In this document: positions 29,637 to 40,000 of the stretch, in pieces
Numbering within the stretch: position 1 is the first letter of the stretch
Layout of the letters: every line of letters begins with the position of its first letter
Assembly (NCBI GenBank): GCA_963723745.1
Contig: CAVRRZ010000001.1
Coordinates: forward strand, 1,334,183-1,374,182
DNA from: an uncultured Actinomycetota bacterium
Lineage (GTDB): Bacteria > Actinomycetota > Actinomycetes > Mycobacteriales > Geodermatophilaceae
Length of the DNA stretch: 40,000 bases
Direction of reading: 5' to 3'
Program-made: the position numbers and the translations under genes
The notes under the pieces: generated by a model
What the model was told of the DNA's origin: nothing
Seen by the model: only the letters and a program-made list of their open reading frames with translations
Databases searched by the model: none

Positions 29637-29908
29637 GTCGGCGTCCGTGGGGGAGGAGCTGTGGGGATCGGGTGCCGACGGCGCCCCCGCCGTTGCGCTG
29701 ACGGCGTAACCGCACCGGAACACCGGCCCCCCGGCACCGGTTGGACCCGACAGCCATCCACCGCTCCGCTCGGCTCGCGACGGACGGGGGTGGTCCGCGA
29801 CTACAGTGGAAGACCGGTGCCCCAGCGCCGACGGACTCAAGTCGGGTGCCCCTTCCGAGAACGACGAAGGGCAGTGCCGGACCAGCCGGTCAGAGGAGAA
29901 ACAGCAGC

Positions 29909-32450
<2,542 letters not shown>

Positions 32451-32457
32451 CGCCCGC

Positions 32458-32511
32458 ACGACCGACAGGGGCCGCTCCTCACCGCGCGGTGGGGGCGGCC
32501 CCTGTCGTCGT
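32458..32511. terminator. bidirectional stem-loop between convergent clpC and mutY
   Basis: gacaggggccgc (32464-32475) pairs perfectly with gcggcccctgtc (32495-32506). Flanking acgac/gtcgt extend the stem with one bulge. Confidence 0.6.
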
Positions 32512-32532
32512 GCCTCCGGCCCGATCGCCGGA

Positions 32533-33505
32533 TCAGGCACCTGGATCATCGGGGTCCTGGCTCACGCGTCGACGTGAGCCAGGAGCCCGGACGGTCAGGC
32601 GCCGATCCGCGGGAGGCGTGAAGCGGCCGTCGGCGGTCTGCTCGACCAGGCCGTCGACGAGCAGGGAGTCCAGGCAGCGGTCGCGCTGGACGGCGTCGTC
32701 CCAGGCGGCGTCCAGCGCGGCGGCGTGCACCGGCTCGTGCGCCGCCCGGAGCACGTCGAGCAGCCGGCCGCGCACCTGGCGGTCGGTGCCGGCGAACTTC
32801 TGCACCCGCCGCGGCGGCCCGTCGTGCGCCGGGGAGCCCGGCCAGGCCGCCAGGCGCAGCGGTCGCGGACCGGGCAGGCGCCGCAGCGCGGCGTGCCGGC
32901 CACGCAGACCAGCGCGCCGAGCTCCATGGCCGCCACCGAGAACCGCGCCGCCCGCGCCGGGTCGGCCGGCGTCAGCGCCGGCGATGTCGGCCAGGTCGGC
33001 GGCGCGGGCGTTGCCGGCCTCGGCCCGCCCGTGCACCAGCCGGGCCACCACCCGGCGCACGTTGGTGTCCACCACCGGCTGCGGCTGCCCGTAGCCGAAG
33101 CAGGCCACCGCGCGGGCGGTGTAGGTGCCGACGCCGGGCAGCGCCTCGCAGCGCGGCGACGTCGTCGGGCACCACGCCGCCGTGCCGCTCGACCACCGCC
33201 ACCGCGGCCTCCCGCAGCCGCAGCGCCCGCCGCGGGTAGCCGAGCTTGCCCCAGGCGCGGATCACGTCGGCCGGGGTGACGCGCGGCCAGGTCGGCCGGC
33301 GTCGGCCAGCGGGCCATCCACTCCCGCCAGACCGGCTCGACCCGGGCCACCGGCGTCTGCTGCAGCATCACCTCGCTGACCAGCACGGCCCAGGCGTCGA
33401 CGCCGGGCCGGCGCCACGGCAGGTCGCGGGCGGCGGTGGCGTACCAGTCGACGATCGCCTCACCGGCGGCCGGTGGCCCGGCGGGCGCGGGGGGAGCTGC
33501 GTCAC
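32533..33505 (-). pseudogene. mutY: A/G-specific adenine DNA glycosylase MutY, frame-disrupted
   Basis: Pieces lie in three frames: DLPWRRPGVDAWAVLVSEVMLQQTPV; IRAWGKLGYPRRALRLREAA; HhH LPGVGTYTARAVACFGYGQPQPVVDTNVRRV; and the 4Fe-4S motif CVAGTPRCGACPVRDRC (C-x6-C-x2-C-x5-C). There are at least 5 frame changes. Start is probably GTG 33505. The 3' end is 32533 or 32595. Confidence 0.75.
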
Positions 33506-33584
33506 GGGAACCCAGTGTGCCGTGCCGGGGGAGCGGCGTGCCGAGCCGACCCGGCCCGGAGCCGCCCGACTAGCGTTCGCCGGC

Positions 33585-34275
33585 GTGCTGCACCCGGTCG
33601 GCAAGCTGCCTGCCGCCGTCTACTGGCGGCGCCGGCTGGTCGTGCTGACCCTGGTGCTCGCCGTCCTCGGTGGGGCGGCCTGGCTCGCGGTCACGCCTGC
33701 TGGCCGCCCGGGACGGCGACCAGCGGCGCCGCGTCGGCCGCGCGCCGCGCCGACCGGTGCCCGCGCTCGAGCGCGTGGTGCCCTCGCTGACGCGCGGTCG
33801 CGACGCCCACCCCGCCCGCTCGTGCCCGCGCTCCGCCGAGCCGTCGTCGGCCGCGCCCGCCGTGCCCGAGCCCGTCGCGGGCGGCCCGTGCACCGACGAC
33901 ATGATCGGCGCTCGAGGTGCGCACGCCGGGCAGCGCCGCCGTCGGGCAGCAAGCCGACCTTCGAGCTGCTGGTCGCCAACGTCTCGGCGGTGCCGTGCGT
34001 GCGCGCCCTGGACAAGGGCCTGCAGGAGCTCGTGCTGCTCGACCGCGGCCGGCAACCGGATCTGGGGGAGCAACGACTGCTTCCCGGAGGCGAGCAGCGA
34101 CGCCGCGCACGCTGGCGCCGGGTGAGGTCGTCGCGTTCCCGCTCGTGTGGGGCGGGCTGACCAGCGAGCCGACCTGCACGGCGGCACGCGGCGCGCGCCG
34201 CCGCCGGGCGGCTACGTGCTGCGCGGGCGGCTGGACACCAAGGTCTCGCCGGACGTGCCGTTCACCCTCGCCTGA
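33585..34275 (+). pseudogene. membrane-anchored conserved hypothetical (position of Rv3587c), frame-disrupted
   Basis: GTG 33585, then a TM segment (RRRLVVLTLVLAVLGGAAWLAV). The C-terminal domain is recoverable only across frames ([105 protein letters not shown]-stop at 34273). At least 6 frame changes. Confidence 0.5.
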
Positions 34276-34304
34276 GGCTCGCAGCCGCGAGCTGGGCGGG
34301 GCCG

Positions 34305-35392
34305 TCAGCTGTAGCGGTCGAGGATCGAGGTCTCGGCCAGGCGGGAGAGGCCCTCGCGGATGCCGCGGGCCCGGGCCTCGCCGACGCCCTCGACGGCCAG
34401 CAGGTCCTCGATGGTCGCGGCCGAGCAGCTTCTGCAGGCCGCCGAAGTGGTCGACCAGCCGGTCGATGATCCCCGACGGCAGCCGCGGCACCCGGTTGAG
34501 CAGCCGGTAGCCGCGCGGGCTGACGGGGGAGTCCAGCGCGTCCGGCGACGTCGGCAGCCCGTAGCAGCGGGCCACGGCGGACAGGTCGAGCAGCTCGGTC
34601 GCGGTCAGCGCCCGCAGGTCGGTGAGCACCTGGTCGATCGTGCGCGGCCGGCGGCCGCCGCCGGGCAGGTAGTCGCGGACCAGCAGGCCGCGGTCCTCCT
34701 CGACGCCGGCCAGCATCTCGTCGAGCTGGAGGGCGAGCAGCCGGCCGTCGGTGCCGAGCTCGACGACGAAGCCCTCGATCTCGTCGGCGATGCGCCGGAC
34801 CATCTCCAGCCGCTGGCTGACGCTCATCGCGTCGCGGACCGTGACCAGGTCCTCGATCTCGAGCGCCGACAGCGTGCTGGCGACCTCGTCGAGGCGCAGC
34901 TTGTAGCGCTCGAGCGCGGCGAGCGCCTGGTTGGCCCGGGCCAGGATCGTCGTCGGGTGCTCGAGGGTGTACCGGCGGCCGGCCACGTAGACGCTGATGA
35001 TGTGCATCGACTGGCTGACCGAGATCACCGGGAAGCCGGTCTGGATGGCGACCCGCTCGGCCGTGCGGTGCCGGGTGCCCGACTCCTCGGTGGGGATGGT
35101 CGGGTCGGGCATCAGGTGCACGCCGGCCCGCACGATCCGCGTGCCGTCGTAGGAGACGATGACCGCGCCGTCCATCTTGGCCAGCTCGCGCAGCCGGGTG
35201 GCCGAGAGGGCGACGTCGAGGGCGAACCCGCCGGTGCACAGCGACTCGACCACGCGGTCGTAGCCCAGGACGATCAGCGCGCCGGTGCGACCGGCGCAGG
35301 ATCCGCTCCAGACCGTCGCGCAGCGCGGTCCCGGGAGCGATGCGGCCGAGGAGTTCGCGCAAGGCGACCTCGGGGTCCACGTCGGCGGGCAC
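34305..35392 (-). pseudogene. disA: DNA integrity scanning protein / diadenylate cyclase DisA, frame-disrupted
   Basis: Start GTG 35392 with ggag upstream. DAC domain ([23 protein letters not shown]) and a C-terminal HhH region. Two apparent 1-nt insertions lie near 35293 (ILR|GRTGALIV) and near 34421 (LQKLL|[14 protein letters not shown]). TGA at 34305-34307. Confidence 0.8.
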
Positions 35393-35494
35393 GAGCGCTC
35401 CTGACGGTCGAGTGGTGCGGCGGCTGAGTCTACGTGGCCCGGCGCGGTCACCGGGAGCGCCGCGGTTGCGGCGCGTAACGAGACTCTAGAGATG

Positions 35495-36867
35495 CTAGAA
35501 CAGGCGCTGGAAAGCCGTACCGAGATCGGGCACCTCGACCAGCCGCATGCCGGGGGGTGCGGCGCCGGAGTCCGGCGGGACCAGCGCCGACCTTGTAGCC
35601 CTGCCGCGCGGCCTCGGCCAGCCGGCGGCCGGTGCCCGCCGACGCGGCGGATCTCGCCGGAGAGCCCGACCTCGCCGAGGGCGATCATGCCCCTCGGGCA
35701 GCGGCGCGGTCCCTGGACGCCGAGGCGATGGCCAGGGCGAGCGCGAGGTCGGCGGCGGGCTCGGCGATCCGCACGCCGCCGACGGAGGCGGCGAAGACGT
35801 CGGCGTCGGCGAGCTTGCACCCCGCCCCGCCGCTCGACGACGGCGTTGACCATCGCCACCCGCTGGGAGTCCAGCCCGCTGACCGCCCGGCGCGGCGAGC
35901 CGCCGCCGCCGGTGCTCGCGACCAGCGCCTGCACCTCGGCCAGCAGCGGCCGGCTGCCCTCGAGCGTCACGGTGACGCAGCTGCCCGGGCACCGGCGCGG
36001 AGCGGCGGGAGACGAACAGCGCCGACGGGTCGGACACCCCGACGACCCCGGCGTCCCCGATCTCGAAGCAGCCGATCTCGTCGGCCGGGCCGAAGCGGTT
36101 CTTGATCGCGCGCACCAGGCGCAGCGTCGAGTGCCGCTCGCCGTCGAAGGAGATCACCACGTCGACCAGGTGCTCCAGCGTGCGCGGGCCCGGCGATCGC
36201 GCCGTCCTTGGTCACGTGGCCGACCAGGATCGTCGTCATCCCGCGGCTCTTGGAGACGGCGGTGAGCGCGCTCGCCACCGCGCGGACCTGGGTCGCCCCG
36301 CCGTCGGTGCCGTCGCCGGGGGAGCGGACGGTCTGGACGCTGTCGAGGATCAGCAGCGTGGGGTTGACCTGCTCGATGTGGCTCAGGACGGCGGACAGCT
36401 CGGTCTCGGCGGCCAGGTAGAGCCGCTCGTGCAGCGCGCCGATCCGCTCGGCCCGCAGCCGCACCTGGCCGGCGGACTCCTCGCCCGAGACGACGAGCGC
36501 GGGGCCGTTGGCGGCGGCGACCCGGTGCGCGACCTCGAGCAGCAGCGTGGACTTGCCCGACGCCGGGCTCGCCGGCGACCAGCAGGACCGCGCCGGGGAC
36601 GAGCCCGCCGCCGAGGACCCGGTCGAACTCCTCGATGCCGGTGGGGACCGCCCGGGCGCCGGCGAGCTCGACCTCGGCGATCGGCCGGGCCGGGGCGGTC
36701 ACCGGGCCGGCGGACACCGCGCGCAGCGCGGCCGCGGGGGCGCCGAACTCCTGGATGCTGCCCCACGCCTGGCACTCGGGGCAGCGGCCGACCCACTTGG
36801 CCGAGGCGTAGCCGCACTCGGAGCAGCGGTGGGCGGGACGGGCGGACTTCACTCCAGCGGGCGGCAC
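35495..36867 (-). pseudogene. radA: DNA repair protein RadA/Sms, frame-disrupted
   Basis: Zn ribbon CSECGYASAKWVGRCPECQAW. Walker A GEPGVG|KSTLLLEV is split by an extra base in CCC 36556-36558. KNRFG motif and Lon-like C-domain ([12 protein letters not shown]) are present. At least 8 apparent 1-nt insertions. Start is GTG 36867 or 36852. Confidence 0.8.
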
Positions 36868-36918
36868 GACATCGACGCTAACGCCGGGGTACGACAGTTC
36901 CGGGGAGGACGCGGACCG

Positions 36919-37507
36919 TCAGGGCTCGCGCTCGCGAGCCCTCCTCGGCCGCCCTCTTCCTCGTGGAAGTCGAACGCCTCGCCGCGCTCGCTCCCTCGGG
37001 GTTCGCGACCTGACCGGGAGGGTACCTCGCCGGCGTTCTCGAAGGTGAGGGTCACCTCGAGGTACTGCCCGGTGGTGAGGCCCTCGTCGAGGTCGGTGAG
37101 CGTGATGTCGCGTGACGTCGTCGTCGCCGACGAACACCGACGACCCGGCCGGGATCTCGATCTCCTGCGCGAGCCGGGACGCCGAGCTCGACGCGGCCGG
37201 TCGAGGCGTCTCGATCTCGGCGGCGCCGAAGCCCTCGCCGCTCGACGGCGACCAGGGTGTCGGCCTCGGTCGCCGCTGTTGACGAGCGCCAGCTGGAGCT
37301 CGGCGTCGTCGCCCTGCTCGTAGCTGCCGCCGCGGGGGCTCAGCAGCTGCGCCTGGCGGACGAGATGTCCCCGACCTGCGCCTGGGCGCCGGTCTTGTCG
37401 CGCACCTGACTCGGCGTCTGCGTCACCTGCCCTGCGCTGCACGCGGACAGCGCGACGGGGGACAGGAGCAGCACGCCCATCGTGGCGGCGCGCAGCGCGC
37501 GGTTCAC
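36919..37507 (-). pseudogene. lipoprotein (LpqE-like by position and signal peptide), frame-disrupted
   Basis: GTG 37507 has ggagg 8 nt upstream. Signal peptide with lipobox LSACS. The body is spread over frames (QAQLLSPRGGSYEQGDDAELQLALVNSGD; ITLTDLDEGLTTGQYLEVTLTFENAGEV). The 3' end is uncertain (36849, about 36880 or 36919, depending on frame). Confidence 0.45.
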
Positions 37508-37714
37508 AGCCGTCGACCTCCACACAGGTTCGGACCGGCCACCGCGGGATCGGTGACACGGGGTCGGGCGGAGCCTAACGGGCGCCCCGGGCAGGTCCGC
37601 CCGGAGGGAACGCCGATCGTCGGCGCGTCCTCCGTTCGGGCGGCATCCGGTGCAGTCGCCGGCGCGGCCTGCCGATCAGAAGAGGAACGGGATCGGTCGA
37701 GCGGAGGAGGGCGC

Positions 37715-38325
37715 GTGCGGACGGGACTGCCGTTCGACGACGTCCTCGCGGCCGCGCAGGCCGGAGCGGCCTGGGCGTTCGAGGTCCTGTACCGCGATCT
37801 CGTCGCCGTCGGTCACCGGCTACCTCCGGATGCACGGCGCCGCCGAGCCCGACGACCTCGCCAGCGAGACCTTCCTCGGCGTCTTCACCGGCCTCGCCGG
37901 GTTCAGCGGCGACGAGGACGCGCTGCGCGCCTGGGTCTTCACGATCGCCCACCGGCGGCTGGTCGACGACTGGCGCCGCCGCAGCCGGCGTCCCCAGGTG
38001 GCCGACGACCCCGGGGACCTCACGCGAGCTCCTCGGCGGGGACGTCGAGGACGACGTGCTGGTGGGCGTCGGCACCGAGACCGTCCACCGGCTGTGCGCC
38101 GGCCTGCCCGACGACCAGCGGTCGGTCCTCCTGCTGCGGATCCTCGCCGACCTCACCGTGGAGCAGGTCGCCCAGGCCATGGGCCGCTCCGTGGCGCTCG
38201 GTCAAGGCGCTCCAGCGCCGCGGGCTCCGGACCCTCCGCGGCCGCGATCGAGACCGTCCGCGAAAAAGTCGGTCCGCGACCGCGCACCCCTACGAGCCTC
38301 TCCGGCGATGACAGGGGTGAGATGA
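37715..38325 (+). pseudogene. ECF-type RNA polymerase sigma factor, frame-disrupted
   Basis: GTG 37715 has ggaggagg upstream. Region 2 (LRAWVFTIAHRRLVDDWRRR) and region 4 (LPDDQRSVLLLRILADLTVEQVAQAMGRSV..VKALQRRGLRTLR) lie in different frames, with at least 4 frame changes. The end is TGA 38309-38311 or TGA 38323-38325. Confidence 0.7.
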
Positions 38326-39267
38326 CCACAGCAGCCGACGACACCGCCGACGAGGCCGCCTTCGAGGCGTTCCTCGCCGGACGGCCCGCGCCCGAGGGGG
38401 CGGCCGACCTGGCCGCCTTCACCGGGGCGGTCCGGGCGACGGCGACCCGCCGGGGCGGCCCAACGCCGCGCTCGCCGAACTGCTGGCCACCGGTCTTCTC
38501 ACCGACCAGTCGAGCCCGTCCACCCGGACGGCCACATCGGCCGGGAAGTCGCCGCGGCGCTCCCGGGTCCGGAGACGGAGACGTTCGCCATGTTCTTCCC
38601 CGCCCTGCTCGCCAAGTTCCTCTCCGCCGGCGCCGTCGCGCAGGCCGCCACCGGTGCCGGGTCGTCCTCGTCGCGTTCACCGGCGCCGGCGTCGCCGGCG
38701 TCCTGCTCGGTGCCGCGTCCAGGACACCTTCACGTCGGTCGTCGGCGACGCGAGACCGCCGGGGAGGACCGCCGCCGAGACCGACGCCGAGGACCCGACG
38801 GCCACGAGATCCCGGCGCGGTCGACGGCACCGCGGTCAGACGAGGTGCCGGTCGAGCCGAGCTCCCGTCGTCGAGGAGCTCGACCACCGACGGGGCCGAG
38901 GACGGCCACCGAGGGTCCACTTCGGTCGACGTGGGTCAGCCGCGAGCGCGCATAACTCCGGCTGCGCGAGTGGCTGCGCGCCGAGGGATGGAACTCGGCG
39001 CCATGGTCAGCGACTGGGCGCACAACAAGGGCATGACGACCACGACCTGGCGAGGAGGGCGTGGACCTCGACGAGCTGAACGAGGACCGACCACCGAGCG
39101 GCCGCCGAGACCGAGGCGGCCGACGCCGACGACACCGAGGACGGCTGCCGACGCGAGCGCGGCAACGGCAGACGGCCGTGGCAACGGCGGCGGAACGGCA
39201 ACAGCAACGGCGACGGCAACGGCAACAGCGCGGCGACGGCAACGGCAGCGGGCGCGGCCACAACTGA
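38322..39267 (+). pseudogene. membrane protein downstream of the ECF sigma factor (possible anti-sigma factor), frame-disrupted
   Basis: ATG 38322 overlaps one candidate sigma stop (ATGA). N-terminus MTTAADDTADEAAFEAFLAG; hydrophobic segment FFPALLAKFLSAGAVAQAATGAG.VVLVAFTGAGVAG; C-terminal Gly/Asn/Asp repeat ending ..GRGHN-TGA at 39265-39267. Many frame changes. The functional call rests on context only. Confidence 0.35.
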
Positions 39268-39284
39268 CCCGGGCGGGGCCGCGG

Positions 39285-40000
39285 TCAGGTGACCGCGGCC
39301 CCGCCGAGCAGGATCAGCACGACGTCCAGCACCGTCAGCAGCAGGACGGCCGGGAAGGCCAGCCGGCGGAACCGGGCCGTCCGGCCAGCGCGGCCACCAC
39401 GACCGCCGGGACGGCGAGGCCGAGGCCCACCCAGCCGGCCGCCGTCGGCGGACCGTCCGGGCCGAGGACCAGGACGACCGAGGCGCCGCCCAGCAGGAGC
39501 GCGCCGGCGAGCGCCGAGACCCGCGCGCCGAGCCGGTGCGGCAAGCCGCGCACGCCGGTCGCGAGGTCGTCCTCGAGATCGGGGGCGACGTTGGCCAAGT
39601 GGGCGGCCGCCCCCAGCGCGCCGCCCGCGGTGACCAGCCACCAGGGCGCGGTCGGCGTCCCCGGGGCCGCGGCGACCACGCCGGCGGGCAGCGCCCCGAA
39701 TCCGGTCACGTACGGGACGACCGACACCCGGTGCGCTTCAGGCCCGGCGTTGTAGGCCCAGCCGCTCGCCACGAGCACGAGCAGGAGCACGCCCGGGACG
39801 ACGCCGAGCAGGAGCGACAGGACGACGGCGAGCGCGGCGGCGAACAGTGCGGCCGACCGCAGGAGCGCGGGCTCACCGCCCCCTGGACGACGGGCTTGTC
39901 GGCCCGCGCCGACGGCCCGGTCGCGGTCGGCGTCGAGCCAGTCGTTGCTCCAGCCGATGGACGCCTGACCTGCGAGGACGGCCGCGCAGACCAGGGCCAC
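39285..40000 (-). pseudogene. UbiA-family prenyltransferase (5' end outside the window), frame-disrupted
   Basis: Polytopic protein with NDWLDADRD (NDxxDxxxD). After local frame correction the following motif reads RADKPVVQGAVSP. The C-terminus continues in another frame (RTARFRRLAFPAVLLLTVLDVVLILLGGAAVT-stop at 39285). Confidence 0.6.

Noticed and set aside
33691-35970. 759-aa minus-strand ORF that looks like one large protein.
   Set aside because: It is a chimera created by frameshifts. It contains a RadA C-terminal piece ([16 protein letters not shown]..), reads through the radA-disA spacer, then runs through the DisA core and on into antisense of the Rv3587c-like gene.
36921-36942. The 10-bp palindrome agggctcgcg-ct-cgcgagccct near the 3' end of the lipoprotein gene, a possible terminator.
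   Set aside because: The 2-nt loop is too tight as drawn. The reading frame and stop of the gene are ambiguous because of the indels, so its position relative to the stop cannot be established.

Overview
Very GC-rich Actinomycetota chromosomal backbone, not an obvious accessory island. From memory, the gene order broadly matches the Mycobacterium tuberculosis Rv3628-Rv3584 neighbourhood. In order: tam; an MFS-thymidylate kinase fusion ORF; holB; tRNA-Thr; an orphan family-5 ABC binding lipoprotein; a SAM methyltransferase; ppa; a dacB-like PBP4; an HExxH metalloprotease; tilS; hpt; ftsH; and folE-folP-folB-folK-DUF3180, mostly a start/stop-overlapping chain. Next comes a lineage-specific insert: a CBS-domain ABC ATPase divergent from two permeases and a betaine-type binding lipoprotein, plus DUF1684. 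After it: a Pro/Ala/Arg-rich coiled-coil membrane protein, a Rossmann/DUF2520-like protein, panC-panD-coaX, lysS, lsr2, clpC, mutY, an Rv3587c-like gene, disA, radA, an LpqE-like lipoprotein, an ECF sigma factor with a downstream membrane protein, and a partial UbiA-family prenyltransferase. I found no CRISPR, rRNA, transposase/integrase, toxin-antitoxin or recognisable defence system, and I cannot support a claim of a novel multi-gene system. The strongest signal is a discontinuity. All 28 complete recognisable CDS, plus clpC up to nt 31240, read cleanly in one frame. From the in-frame TAG at 31241 to the window end, every gene on both strands, including normally essential clpC, is broken by dense small indels. 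This is most parsimoniously a sequence-error tract; very recent pseudogenisation is the alternative. Secondary signals are two small families of repeated intergenic hairpin elements, the MFS-Tmk fusion, several short tandem repeats, and an unusual divergent ABC-transporter layout.
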